Shown here: in pieces, positions 30,430-40,277 of the stretch | How positions within the stretch are numbered: position 1 is the stretch's first letter | Layout: each line of letters opens with the position of its first letter | Assembly (NCBI GenBank): GCA_028282585.1 | Contig: JANQHR010000097.1 | Coordinates: 32,001 to 96,000 of the forward strand | Direction: 5' to 3' | Length of the DNA stretch: 64,000 bases | From: Bacteroidales bacterium | Lineage (GTDB): Bacteria > Bacteroidota > Bacteroidia > Bacteroidales > UBA12077 | The notes under the pieces: generated by a model | What the model was told of the DNA's origin: nothing | The model's database searches: none | What the model saw: only the letters and a program-made list of their open reading frames with translations | Translations under genes and position numbers: made by a program

Positions 30430-32913
30430 ATGAACAATCAACTATTTCAATTTGCAGATGTAATTCTTCCATTGCCTTTAAAGCAACTGTTTACTTATAG
30501 CATTCCATTTAGCATAGCAAAAGAAATTGAAGTTGGTAAGAGAGTTATTGTTCAATTTGGAGCAAGAAAGATTTATACGTCAATTATTTATTCAATTCAT
30601 AATAATGCTCCAAAAGAATATAAAACTAAAAATATCATTTCAATTCTTGATGAAAAACCAATTATAAATAAGTTCCAATTAGAACTTTGGCAATGGATAG
30701 CTGATTATTACATGTGCTCCGTAGGTGATGTTTTTAAAGCCGCTTTACCATCAGGACTAAAGTTAGAAAGCGAAACTAAGGTTATTTATAATCCTGAAAA
30801 CATTGATCAAAAGAGATTTACCTCAGCAGAAACATTATTACTTGATTATTTATCAAATAAAAACATAGCCAGTATATCGGAAATATCAAAAGTTTTAAAT
30901 AAGAAAGATTCGCTTCCAATCATTAAATCTCTTTTAGATAAACAAGCTGTTATCCTTGAGGAAAAACTTCGCGAAAACTACAAACCAAAAACAGAAAGTT
31001 ATATAAAACTTCATGAAGATATACATACTGAAACGAAGCTAAACGACATTTTTGACTCACTAAACCGTGCGCCCAAACAACTTCATACGTTAATGAGCTA
31101 TATTAAACTTTCAGGTAGCTTTATGAAATCCGGTAAAGTTTCTGAAGTTACTAAAAAATCATTGGTTGATGATTCAAAATCAAGTTCTACAATTATCAAA
31201 TCATTAATTGAAAAGAACATATTAAGCGAATATGATAAAAATGTAAGTCGGTTAAATGAAGATATTTTTGAAGAAAATGAAATGAAAAAATTATCTGATC
31301 CACAACGAAAGGCATTTGATTCAATTAACAATCAGTTTAAAGAAAAGGATGTTGTTTTATTACATGGCATTACTTCTAGCGGAAAAACCGAAATTTATAT
31401 TCACTTAATTAAAGAACAACTGGAACAAGGTAAGCAAGTATTATATTTATTGCCGGAAATTGCATTAACTGCTCAAATCATAAATCGCTTGAAATCAGTT
31501 TTTGGAAATAGAGTTGGTATTTACCATTCAAAATTTAGCGATTCGGAAAGAGTTGAAGTGTACCAAAACATTATAGAACCAACCGAAAAACTTAAATATG
31601 ATGTGATTTTAGGAGTAAGATCATCGCTTTTACTACCATTCTCAAATCTAGGTTTGGTAATTGTTGATGAAGAACACGAAAACACATATAAACAGTATGA
31701 TCCTGCTCCTCGATATAATGCAAGAGATTGTTCGATCGTTTTGGCGCAAATGCATAAGGCTAAAGTTTTATTAGGAACCGCAACACCTTCTATAGAAAGT
31801 TTTTTTAATGCACAAACTGAGAAGTATGGCTTTGTAGAATTAAGTACAAGGTATCAAAGTATAAAATTACCTGAAATTCATTTAGTAGATATTTTAAGAG
31901 CAAAAAAAAGGAAAGAAATGCGTTCGCATTTTACTCCTGCTTTAATTGATAGCATAAAGGATTCATTAGCATTGAACGAACAAGTTATCTTGTTTCAGAA
32001 TCGTCGGGGATTTGCTCCATACCTTGAATGTGATATGTGTGGGTGGATCCCATACTGTACAAATTGCGATGTAAGCTTAACTTATCATAGGCATAAGAAC
32101 GAATTGGTATGCCATTATTGTGGTTATACTATCCGAACTCCAAAAACATGTAAATCATGTGGGCACGTTGCTGTTCAAACACGCGGATTTGGAACTGAAA
32201 AGATCGAAGATGAGATAAAAATCTTCTTCCCAGATGCAAAAGTTGCGCGAATGGATCTGGATTCAACCCGATCAAAGAATGCATATCATACTATTATATC
32301 AAGCTTTGAAAATGGTGATATAGATATACTGATTGGCACTCAAATGGTATCGAAAGGATTGGATTTCGACAATGTAAGTTTAGTAGGAATTCTAAATGCA
32401 GATAATATGCTTAACTATCCTGATTTCAGGGCATTTGAAAGAAGCTACCAATTAATGTCGCAGGTTAGTGGTCGTGCCGGAAGAAAAAACAAACAAGGTA
32501 AAGTTATAATACAAACTAGTAATCCTGCACATCCCATACTTCAATTTGTTTTAGACAACAAATTTGAAGAAATGTACAAGTCACAACTACTAGAACGAAA
32601 AAACTTTAAATATCCTCCATTTTATCGTTTGATAAATATCAGCATTCGTCATAAAAACAAAGATGTTTCAGACAAAGCAGCTCATAACTTAGGTGTAAGC
32701 TTAAGAAAGGTTTTTGGTAAGCGTATATTAGGACCTGAACCTCCTATCATATCAAGAGTGCAAAACTATTTTATCCAAAACCTGATTATGAAAGTTGAAC
32801 GAGAGAGGTCATTTCAAAAAGCTAAGCAAATTATAGAAAAACAAATTATAGAGTTAATTACAACTGAAAACTTTAAGTCTGTTCAAGTTTCAGTTGATGT
32901 AGATCCGATTTAA
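30430..32913 (+). CDS. priA: Primosomal protein N' (replication restart helicase)
   Basis: LHGITSSGKTEIY, VDEEHE, GTATPS, NRRGF, four CxxC pairs, GTQMVSKGLDF, QVSGRAGR. A TAGATTTG promoter box lies at 30400-30407. Confidence 0.96.
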   Translation: MNNQLFQFADVILPLPLKQLFTYSIPFSIAKEIEVGKRVIVQFGARKIYTSIIYSIHNNAPKEYKTKNIISILDEKPIINKFQLELWQWIADYYMCSVGDVFKAALPSGLKLESETKVIYNPENIDQKRFTSAETLLLDYLSNKNIASISEISKVLNKKDSLPIIKSLLDKQAVILEEKLRENYKPKTESYIKLHEDIHTETKLNDIFDSLNRAPKQLHTLMSYIKLSGSFMKSGKVSEVTKKSLVDDSKSSSTIIKSLIEKNILSEYDKNVSRLNEDIFEENEMKKLSDPQRKAFDSINNQFKEKDVVLLHGITSSGKTEIYIHLIKEQLEQGKQVLYLLPEIALTAQIINRLKSVFGNRVGIYHSKFSDSERVEVYQNIIEPTEKLKYDVILGVRSSLLLPFSNLGLVIVDEEHENTYKQYDPAPRYNARDCSIVLAQMHKAKVLLGTATPSIESFFNAQTEKYGFVELSTRYQSIKLPEIHLVDILRAKKRKEMRSHFTPALIDSIKDSLALNEQVILFQNRRGFAPYLECDMCGWIPYCTNCDVSLTYHRHKNELVCHYCGYTIRTPKTCKSCGHVAVQTRGFGTEKIEDEIKIFFPDAKVARMDLDSTRSKNAYHTIISSFENGDIDILIGTQMVSKGLDFDNVSLVGILNADNMLNYPDFRAFERSYQLMSQVSGRAGRKNKQGKVIIQTSNPAHPILQFVLDNKFEEMYKSQLLERKNFKYPPFYRLINISIRHKNKDVSDKAAHNLGVSLRKVFGKRILGPEPPIISRVQNYFIQNLIMKVERERSFQKAKQIIEKQIIELITTENFKSVQVSVDVDPI

Positions 32914-32925
32914 AAAAATATTAAA

Positions 32926-33333
32926 ATGAAAACTAAAAAGATAATTGCGTATTTATTTATATTAATTGTATTAATTATATTCACTCCCTTTGCTATAAAT
33001 AGCTTTATTAAAAGCGCGAATAAAAAAGCAAACGAGTATGTTCAAAATTTCAAACCAGTTACTGCAAATCTTTCAGATGGTGAATATCATGGGAAATTTA
33101 AAGCTTTTGGTATTGTAACTATTTCTGAAGTTGAATTTCAAATAGAAAACAAAATTGTAAAAAACATCAGGTTTAAAAGAATGTTTCACACTCCGGGGAG
33201 TCCGTATAAAGAAACCATTGTAAATCAAATAAAAGAAACTCGCAAACTGGAAGTTGATGCGATTACCGGGGCAAGCAGAACAAGCAACTTTGCCAAAGCT
33301 GCTATTAAAGCAGCTATTGAAAATGAAAAATAA
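32926..33333 (+). CDS. Membrane-anchored FMN-binding (flavinylation-target) protein
   Basis: N-terminal TM helix, LSDGEYHG, and the motif VDAITGASRTS. Confidence 0.8.
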   Translation: MKTKKIIAYLFILIVLIIFTPFAINSFIKSANKKANEYVQNFKPVTANLSDGEYHGKFKAFGIVTISEVEFQIENKIVKNIRFKRMFHTPGSPYKETIVNQIKETRKLEVDAITGASRTSNFAKAAIKAAIENEK

Positions 33334-33346
33334 ACTTATTGGTTAA

Positions 33347-33412
33347 TCCATCCTTAGTTTATTCCTTTTCATCTTTTAAATATTCCATTTTGTCCACATT
33401 AAATTGTGGACA
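33347..33412 (+). promoter_or_regulatory. Candidate LytTR-type operator repeats plus hairpin
   Basis: TCCATC / TTCATC / TTTGTC at 33347, 33368 and 33389 (21-bp period), and a TGTCCACA-N6-TGTGGACA hairpin. A LytS/LytTR pair is encoded downstream. Confidence 0.35.
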
Positions 33413-33455
33413 GGCATTTTTACGCTGAATTTTATTCAATAAATATTTTGATATT

Positions 33456-34202
33456 ATGAGACAGCGAATCAGAAATGCAATTATCCTTTTTTTCTTTCTA
33501 ACTTTTCCTATCTCATTAAATTACTTTTCTCCTTATGTAATTATTGATGGTTTACGTAAAGGAGTTATTGCCGGAAGTGCTCTTTTATTTACAACCCAAT
33601 TGCTTTCTGCATTATTTCTTGGAAGAGCATTTTGTGGTTGGATTTGTCCTGCTGGTGGGTTACAAGATTATTGTACCTCCGTAAATTCCAAAAAGATTAA
33701 AAATGGAAAAGCTAATTGGATTAAATACTTTATCTGGGTACCATGGATTTCTTTAGTACTTTTTATTGGTTTAAAATCAGGAGGAACCATTAAGATTGAT
33801 CCGTTTCACATGACGAATTACGGTATTTCTGTTTCGGAACCGTCAGCATATATTAATTATCTTTTGGTAGTTTTTCTATTTGTAATCTTATCATTCATTT
33901 TTGGCAAGCGAGCATTTTGTCACTATGGTTGCTGGATGTTCCCTTTTATGATTATCGGGTTAAAAATCAGAAGCATCTTAAACATACCTTCACTCAAACT
34001 GAAATCAACTCATTATAAATGTACAAATTGTTTGCAATGCAATAGTGTTTGTCTTATGAGTCTGGATGTAAATAACATGGTAAACGATTCAAAAATGAAT
34101 CATGATGAATGTGTACTTTGCGGCAGATGTGTTGATAGTTGTAGTTCAGAAGCAATTAAATATGCTTTTTCCTCTAAAAATATTAGTACTTTTAAGATAT
34201 AA
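33456..34202 (+). CDS. NapH/MauN-like membrane 4Fe-4S binding protein
   Basis: GRAFCGWICPAG, KRAFCHYGCW, CTNCLQCNSVC, CVLCGRCVDSC; TM helices. Confidence 0.85.
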   Translation: MRQRIRNAIILFFFLTFPISLNYFSPYVIIDGLRKGVIAGSALLFTTQLLSALFLGRAFCGWICPAGGLQDYCTSVNSKKIKNGKANWIKYFIWVPWISLVLFIGLKSGGTIKIDPFHMTNYGISVSEPSAYINYLLVVFLFVILSFIFGKRAFCHYGCWMFPFMIIGLKIRSILNIPSLKLKSTHYKCTNCLQCNSVCLMSLDVNNMVNDSKMNHDECVLCGRCVDSCSSEAIKYAFSSKNISTFKI

Positions 34203-34212
34203 AATTAAAACT

Positions 34213-35277
34213 ATGTTTGATTACAATCGTGAAAATTACTATCGGTCTGTTTTAAAACAAATAATCATTATAAGCCTTCTTGCAGGTTTAATCATTACCT
34301 TATTTTACTATTACAGAACAATTGCTAACAATGAACCCAGACAACTAAGAGATAGCATTATATCATTCATATTTTCGGTATTGGTAACTTTTTCAATATT
34401 CAGTATAAATATACAGTTGGCCAGAATATTAGAAAAATGGTATCCGTGGGGCAAAGAATTTTTTAAACGTTTATTTATTGAAATTACGTTAACAACATTA
34501 GTTGCTGCTACAACAATCTCAATCATTTTAACAATTTTTCTTTTGTTCCTGGGTAAACCTCAGGGAGATACCAATCTCCGAATAACTTATTTGGACCATA
34601 TAATACAAGCAATATTATTTAATAGTATCGCAATGGTGATTATTGAGCTGGGAGCAGTTGTAAAACAATGGAAAGAATCTGTTATAAAATCAGAACGATT
34701 AGAAAAAGAAAATATTTTATCTCAATTCGAAGCATTAAAACACCAACTAAATCCTCATTTTATGTTTAATAGTTTGAATGCACTTTCTTCGTTAATTGAT
34801 GAGGAACCTGAAAAAGCTAAAAAGTTTTTATCAATGTTTTCTAAAATGTATCGTTATATTTTAGAGGTTAAAGATAGGCTTGTTGTTGAAGTTAACGATG
34901 AACTAGAATTTATTAACGCTTACATTTTTATGCAAAAAATAAGATATAACAACAATCTAAATGTTGAAACCAAAGTTAAATCAAGTGAACTAAAAAAGTA
35001 TTTACCTCCCCTATCATTACAATTATTAGTTGAAAATGCCTTAAAACATAATGAAATATCGAATGATCATCCATTGAATATTTCTATTTGTTCTGAAAAC
35101 GATAACATAATTGTTAAAAACAACTTGAAAATAAGAAATAATGAAAGTAATAAATCCGGAATCGGACTTGAAAATCTTAGAAAACGAATTAACTTTATAT
35201 CTGATAAGGAACCCGAGTTCTATACCAAAAATAATCAGTATATAGCTAAGATTCCATTTATAGAAATTGAAGAATAA
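34213..35277 (+). CDS. LytS/YehU-family sensor histidine kinase
   Basis: LKHQLNPHFMFNSLNAL, LQLLVENALKHN, GIGLENL; N-terminal TM helices. ATG at 34213 avoids the overlap implied by the track's start at 34102. Confidence 0.9.
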   Translation: MFDYNRENYYRSVLKQIIIISLLAGLIITLFYYYRTIANNEPRQLRDSIISFIFSVLVTFSIFSINIQLARILEKWYPWGKEFFKRLFIEITLTTLVAATTISIILTIFLLFLGKPQGDTNLRITYLDHIIQAILFNSIAMVIIELGAVVKQWKESVIKSERLEKENILSQFEALKHQLNPHFMFNSLNALSSLIDEEPEKAKKFLSMFSKMYRYILEVKDRLVVEVNDELEFINAYIFMQKIRYNNNLNVETKVKSSELKKYLPPLSLQLLVENALKHNEISNDHPLNISICSENDNIIVKNNLKIRNNESNKSGIGLENLRKRINFISDKEPEFYTKNNQYIAKIPFIEIEE

Positions 35278-35296
35278 AAATTAATATTTTGTAATT

Positions 35297-36037
35297 ATGA
35301 AAAAGTCATTACTATTTCTTGCCGCAGTTTTATTATCAGTTACAATTCATGCTCAGGCAGAAAAAAAAGAAATAAAATTTAACAGTTCTGATAACATTAC
35401 TATTACCGGCGATTTATATCTAACGTCAAACTTGAGTGCGCCTTTTATCATTCTTTTTCACCAAGCAGGGTATAGCAGGGGTGAATATATTGAGACAGCT
35501 CCTAAATTTAATAAACTTGGATTTAACTGTTTAGCTATTGACCAGAGATCTGGCAAGGGCGTTAATGATATTCCAAATGAAACTAATAAGGAGGCTTCAA
35601 AAAAGGGTTTGTCCACTGAATATCCAGATGCCATGCCAGACCTGGAGGCTGCGATAAAATATGTTGAAAAAAATTACGAACCTAAAAAACTCATTATTCT
35701 TGGTAGCTCCTATTCTTCCTCCCTTTCTTTAGTTTTAGCCGCGAAATACCCGGATAAAATTGATGCTGCACTAGCTTTTTCTCCGGGTGAATATTTCCTT
35801 TTTGAAGATAAAAAAATAGAAGATTATGCTTCAAAAATTGAGATACCTGTTTTTATAACCTCTGCTAAAAGCGAAGAACACATGTGGAAACCATTTTTTG
35901 AAAAAATACCTGAATCTTATAGAACTAGTTATTTACCAGAAGTTGAAGGAATTCATGGAAGCAGGGCTTTATGGGAAAAAATTGAAGGAAATAAAGGATA
36001 TTGGGAAGCAGTTAAAAGTTTTTTGGACAAGCTTTAA
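35297..36037 (+). CDS. Exported alpha/beta hydrolase (dienelactone-hydrolase-like)
   Basis: Signal peptide, ILFHQAG, AIDQRSG, nucleophile elbow GSSYS, HGSRAL. Confidence 0.8.
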   Translation: MKKSLLFLAAVLLSVTIHAQAEKKEIKFNSSDNITITGDLYLTSNLSAPFIILFHQAGYSRGEYIETAPKFNKLGFNCLAIDQRSGKGVNDIPNETNKEASKKGLSTEYPDAMPDLEAAIKYVEKNYEPKKLIILGSSYSSSLSLVLAAKYPDKIDAALAFSPGEYFLFEDKKIEDYASKIEIPVFITSAKSEEHMWKPFFEKIPESYRTSYLPEVEGIHGSRALWEKIEGNKGYWEAVKSFLDKL

Positions 36038-36040
36038 GCA

Positions 36041-36805
36041 ATGAAAATCTTAATCATTGAAGATGAAAAAATAGCTGCAAACAACCTGGAGAAATTATTA
36101 AAACAAATATCTCCTAAAATCCAGGTACTGGACAAATTAGAGACTATCCGTAGTTCTGTTAACTGGCTTTCAAACAATAAAGCCGACCTTATTTTTTTAG
36201 ATATCCATTTAGCAGATGGTTTAAGTTTTAAGATTTTTGATGAAATTGAAATTAATACTCCGATAATTTTTACAACAGCTTATGATAACTATGCTATAAA
36301 AGCTTTTAAATTAAATAGTGTTGATTATTTGCTTAAACCCATTGATATTGATGAACTTCAACAAGCTGTTAATAAATTTGAAAATATACATTTAAATAAT
36401 AATCAACAGATTACTGATTATAAGGCTTTAATTGAAGTTATTCAAAATCCAAAATCTACTTATCAGAAAAGATTTTTAATAAATGTTGGTTCCAAAATAA
36501 AATCTGTCGATATCAAAAGTATCGCTTATTTCTATGCAGAAGATAAAGCTGTATATGTCTGTACAAAAGATAAACACCGATATATTATTGATCAAACTAT
36601 TGAGAAGTTGGAAACTATTTTAGATCCTGAATTTTTCTTTAAGATTAGTAGAAAATTCATTATTCATGTTGATGCAATCGAAGAAATGCATACCTTATCA
36701 AAAAGCAGAATAAAAATTGACTTAAATCCCCTATGTGATCCAGAGGCCATTGTTACAATAAATAACGTTTCCGAATTCAAAAACTGGCTAAAAGGAAATA
36801 ATTAA
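36041..36805 (+). CDS. LytTR-family response regulator
   Basis: IIEDE, FLDIHLADG, FTTAYD, DYLLKP; C-terminal LDPEFFFKISRKFII. Confidence 0.92.
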   Translation: MKILIIEDEKIAANNLEKLLKQISPKIQVLDKLETIRSSVNWLSNNKADLIFLDIHLADGLSFKIFDEIEINTPIIFTTAYDNYAIKAFKLNSVDYLLKPIDIDELQQAVNKFENIHLNNNQQITDYKALIEVIQNPKSTYQKRFLINVGSKIKSVDIKSIAYFYAEDKAVYVCTKDKHRYIIDQTIEKLETILDPEFFFKISRKFIIHVDAIEEMHTLSKSRIKIDLNPLCDPEAIVTINNVSEFKNWLKGNN

Positions 36806-36816
36806 AACTATAAATC

Positions 36817-37281
36817 ATGAAAAGAATATTACCAATTTTATTAATATTACTTTTGGGCTGTAATCCTAAAATCGATATGGAAGAAGAAAAAGAAAAACTA
36901 TTACAAACTGATATTGAATTTTCTAATAGATCAGTTGAGGTTGGCAACCATCAGGCATTTCTGGAATTCGCATCACCAGATGCTGTATTGCTGCGAGATA
37001 ACTCATACCCAGTGGTTGGAAAACCTGCATTAAAGAAATTATATTCGGAGTTATCTGATTCAAATTATAGGTTGACTTGGAAACCAAGTTTTGGAAAAGT
37101 ATCCAAATCCGGCGATTTGGGTTATACCTATGGAATTTACTTACTCGAAATCACAGAAGGAGAACAAAAAGGACAAATAAGGCAAGGCACCTACTGCTCT
37201 ATTTGGGAAAAAAATGCTAAAGGTGAATGGAGATTTGTTTTGGACACAGGAACTTCAGGTTTAGAAGCTAAAGATAATTAA
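36817..37281 (+). CDS. NTF2-like (DUF4440) lipoprotein
   Basis: Lipobox LLLGC; VSKSGDLGYTYG, GTYCSIWEKNAKGEWRFVLDTG. Confidence 0.8.
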   Translation: MKRILPILLILLLGCNPKIDMEEEKEKLLQTDIEFSNRSVEVGNHQAFLEFASPDAVLLRDNSYPVVGKPALKKLYSELSDSNYRLTWKPSFGKVSKSGDLGYTYGIYLLEITEGEQKGQIRQGTYCSIWEKNAKGEWRFVLDTGTSGLEAKDN

Positions 37282-37309
37282 TCAATAGTTGTTGAAAATT
37301 GAAAAATCC

Positions 37310-37317
37310 TATCTTTG
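37310..37317 (+). promoter_or_regulatory. Bacteroidetes -7 promoter box
   Basis: TATCTTTG upstream of the heptose-kinase gene. Confidence 0.6.
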
Positions 37318-37343
37318 CAATCTAATTTCTAAATATAGGAAAA

Positions 37344-38345
37344 GTGAAAAGTCAAGATATCAAGTCTATATTCGAGTCATTTAATCAATTCAATATATTA
37401 ATTATTGGCGATGTAATGATCGATTCATATATGTGGGGAAAAGTGAATCGCATCTCACCAGAAGCTCCGGTGCCTATTATTATGAGCACAAAACAAGAGA
37501 ATCGTCTAGGTGGAGCTGCCAATGTTGCTTTAAATGTTCAGGCACTTGGTGCCAATCCAATTCTTTGTTCGGTTATAGGAAAAGATTCAAAATCAAAAAT
37601 TTTCTATAATTTACTAAAAAAAAGAAATCTTACCGACGAAGGTATATTAGAAGATGAAAGCAGGATAACAACTGTAAAAACAAGAATTATCGCCGACAAC
37701 CAACACCTTTTACGAGTAGATGAGGAAATTGATGAAGAATTAAACCCCGAAACAGAAACAATCTTTATAAAAAACGTCCAAACCATTATTTCTGATAAAA
37801 AAATAGATGCTATCATTTTTGAAGATTATGACAAAGGCTCAATAACCCCTGAGGTTATAAAGAGTGTTGTAGATCTTGCTAATAAAAGCAATATCCCAAC
37901 ATTAGTAGATCCTAAAAAACGTAATTTCATGGAATATAAAAATGTAACTCTTTTTAAACCCAATTTCAAAGAATTAGTAGAAGGATCGAAAATAGATATT
38001 AAAAAGGGTGATTTTGATGGCATCTTTAAAGCTTCGCAAAAGCTTCATTCCGAATTATCCTCCAAATATCTTTTAATTACTTTATCAGAATTGGGAGTAT
38101 TTATAAGCTACAATAGTTCTTATCAAACAATCCCTGCCGAAATACGTGATATTGCAGATGTCTCAGGAGCTGGAGATACATTAATAAGTACTGCAAGTTT
38201 ATGTCTGGCTGCAGGCTTAAAACCTGAATTTATAGCAGGAATCTCAAATCTTGCTGGTGGTTTAGTATGCGAAAAAGTGGGTGTTGTACCTATTAATAAA
38301 GAACAACTTTTAGAAGAATCATTAGAAAAATATTGTAATAATTAA
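37344..38345 (+). CDS. rfaE1: D-glycero-beta-D-manno-heptose-7-phosphate kinase (RfaE domain I, PfkB family)
   Basis: IGDVMIDSY, RISPEAPVP, GGAANVA, DYDKG, DVSGAGDT. Confidence 0.88.
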   Translation: MKSQDIKSIFESFNQFNILIIGDVMIDSYMWGKVNRISPEAPVPIIMSTKQENRLGGAANVALNVQALGANPILCSVIGKDSKSKIFYNLLKKRNLTDEGILEDESRITTVKTRIIADNQHLLRVDEEIDEELNPETETIFIKNVQTIISDKKIDAIIFEDYDKGSITPEVIKSVVDLANKSNIPTLVDPKKRNFMEYKNVTLFKPNFKELVEGSKIDIKKGDFDGIFKASQKLHSELSSKYLLITLSELGVFISYNSSYQTIPAEIRDIADVSGAGDTLISTASLCLAAGLKPEFIAGISNLAGGLVCEKVGVVPINKEQLLEESLEKYCNN

Positions 38346-38403
38346 TTCATATAATGTATTGTTCTTTCTCTTTCAAACATTTGAGGGTAAAATGACAAAT
38401 CAT

Positions 38404-38444
38404 TGTTAATAATTTGTTCATAAATCAAAATAAAATGTTTACAA
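38404..38444. promoter_or_regulatory. Cluster of DnaA-box-like TGTTnAyAA 9-mers upstream of parA
   Basis: TGTTAATAA (38404), TGTTCATAA (38415), TGTTTACAA (38436). A TATTTTTG promoter box lies at 38483-38490. Confidence 0.4.
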
Positions 38445-38549
38445 TTCTTATCTTAGTGAAATTGAAAAACAGGATAAAATTGTATTTTTGAAATCCTAAA
38501 TTAGGTTAAAAGTCTTTAAAAACAGGATCATTCCTTAAAACATATCTTT

Positions 38550-39353
38550 ATGGCAAAAATAATTGCATTAGCAAACCAAAAAGGAGGAGTAGGTAAAACT
38601 ACTACTGCCATTAACTTAGCAGCAAGTTTAGCTGTACTTGAAAAGAAAGTTTTAATCGTTGATGCCGATCCACAAGCAAATGCTACGTCAGGAACAGGTT
38701 TTGATATTAGAGCAGTTAAAACAAGTATTTATGAGTGCTTAGTTGATGACCAAGATCCAAAAAATATTATATTAAACAGTGATATAGAAGGTTTAGATTT
38801 AATTCCTTCCCATATTGATCTGGTTGGTGCTGAAATTGAAATGTTGAATCAGCCAAACAGGGAGTATATGTTGAAGCACGTTATTGAAAAAGTAAAAGAT
38901 GATTATGATTATATATTAATTGATTGTTCTCCATCTTTAGGATTAATAACAGTTAACGCTTTAACTGCTGCAGATTCCGTTGTAATTCCCGTTCAGTGCG
39001 AATATTTCGCATTAGAAGGATTAGGAAAACTATTAAATACTGTAAAAATTATTCAATCAAGATTAAATAAAGAGCTTGAAATCGAAGGTTTCTTATTAAC
39101 CATGTATGATCCTCGTTTAAGACTTTCAAACCAGGTAGTAGATGAGGTTAAAAAGCATTTTCAAGATATGGTGTTTGAAACTATTATTCAAAGAAACATT
39201 AAGTTAAGTGAATCTCCAAGCTATGGGAAACCAGTTGTATTGTATGATGCAGCTTCCAAAGGATCTGTTAATTATCTGAATTTAGCTCGTGAGATCTTAC
39301 AAAAGAATGATGAAACTAAAATGGCTAACGCAGAAAAAGTAGTTGAGGAATAA
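38550..39353 (+). CDS. parA: Chromosome partitioning ATPase ParA/Soj
   Basis: NQKGGVGKTTT, DADPQANAT, IDCSPSLG, PVQCEYFALEG. Confidence 0.96.
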   Translation: MAKIIALANQKGGVGKTTTAINLAASLAVLEKKVLIVDADPQANATSGTGFDIRAVKTSIYECLVDDQDPKNIILNSDIEGLDLIPSHIDLVGAEIEMLNQPNREYMLKHVIEKVKDDYDYILIDCSPSLGLITVNALTAADSVVIPVQCEYFALEGLGKLLNTVKIIQSRLNKELEIEGFLLTMYDPRLRLSNQVVDEVKKHFQDMVFETIIQRNIKLSESPSYGKPVVLYDAASKGSVNYLNLAREILQKNDETKMANAEKVVEE

Positions 39354-39377
39354 ATATAAAATAAATTTGGAGAGAAA

Positions 39378-40244
39378 ATGGCAAAAAGAAACGCATTAGG
39401 TAGAGGATTAGGAGCATTAATTGATGACGCGGGTCAGGAACATATTGTAACTGCTGATGCCGTTAACGAGATTGATATTGATAAAATTGAGGCAAACCCT
39501 TTTCAACCAAGATCAATTTTTAATGAAGAAGCTTTAGAAGAATTAGCAAACTCAATTAAAGAATTAGGTATCATTCAACCTATTACTGTTAGAAATCTTA
39601 ACGATCATAAATTTCAGTTAATTTCGGGTGAAAGAAGGTTACGCGCGGCGCAAATAGCGGGGTTAAAAAAGATTCCTGCATTTATTCGTTTTGCTGATGA
39701 CCAGGGAATGTTAGAAATGGCACTGGTTGAAAATATTCAGCGTGAAGATCTGGACGCAATAGAAGTTGCAATAAGCTATCAGCGATTAATAGAAGAATGT
39801 AAACTTACACAAGAAAGTATGAGCGAACGTGTTGGCAAAAAACGCTCAACCATTTCCAACTATTTAAGATTATTAAAGTTACCGGCAGAAATTCAATTAG
39901 GAATTCGTGATAAACAAATATCAATGGGTCATGCAAGAGCTTTAGTAAATATTGAAAACGAAAAAACTCAGCTTAAAATTTATTACCAAGTAATAGACGA
40001 AGGATTATCTGTTCGTAAAACAGAAGATATCATTCGTGATATAAATACTCCAAAAGCAAAGACTCAGAAAGAAAAAGTACGTTTACCAGAAGAATATGAG
40101 CAATTAAAAAACCACCTGGTGGAACATTTCGAAACAGCAGTTGATTTTAAACGTAACAATAAAGGGAGCGGCAAAATCGTTATTCCATTTAAATCTGATG
40201 AAGATTTAGAAAGAATTATGGGAATTATTGATAAAATGAAATAA
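39378..40244 (+). CDS. parB: Chromosome partitioning protein ParB/Spo0J
   Basis: ALGRGLGALI, NPFQPR, ISGERRLRA, ENIQREDL, HTH with KKRSTISNYLRLLKL. Confidence 0.96.
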   Translation: MAKRNALGRGLGALIDDAGQEHIVTADAVNEIDIDKIEANPFQPRSIFNEEALEELANSIKELGIIQPITVRNLNDHKFQLISGERRLRAAQIAGLKKIPAFIRFADDQGMLEMALVENIQREDLDAIEVAISYQRLIEECKLTQESMSERVGKKRSTISNYLRLLKLPAEIQLGIRDKQISMGHARALVNIENEKTQLKIYYQVIDEGLSVRKTEDIIRDINTPKAKTQKEKVRLPEEYEQLKNHLVEHFETAVDFKRNNKGSGKIVIPFKSDEDLERIMGIIDKMK

Positions 40245-40277
40245 TTTTGCCCGGTATTTATTTAAAACAAAATCACT

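Noticed and set aside
34102-34212. Apparent 100-bp overlap between the Fe-S gene and the histidine kinase
   Set aside because: This is an artefact of longest-ORF calling; the ATG at 34213 gives a normal non-overlapping start.
38346-40244. parAB as a plasmid/prophage partition module or oriC marker
   Set aside because: The context is the usual chromosomal parA-parB-DUF5683-mltD arrangement. There is no dnaA, rep, integrase or phage gene, and I did not spot a parS palindrome by eye.
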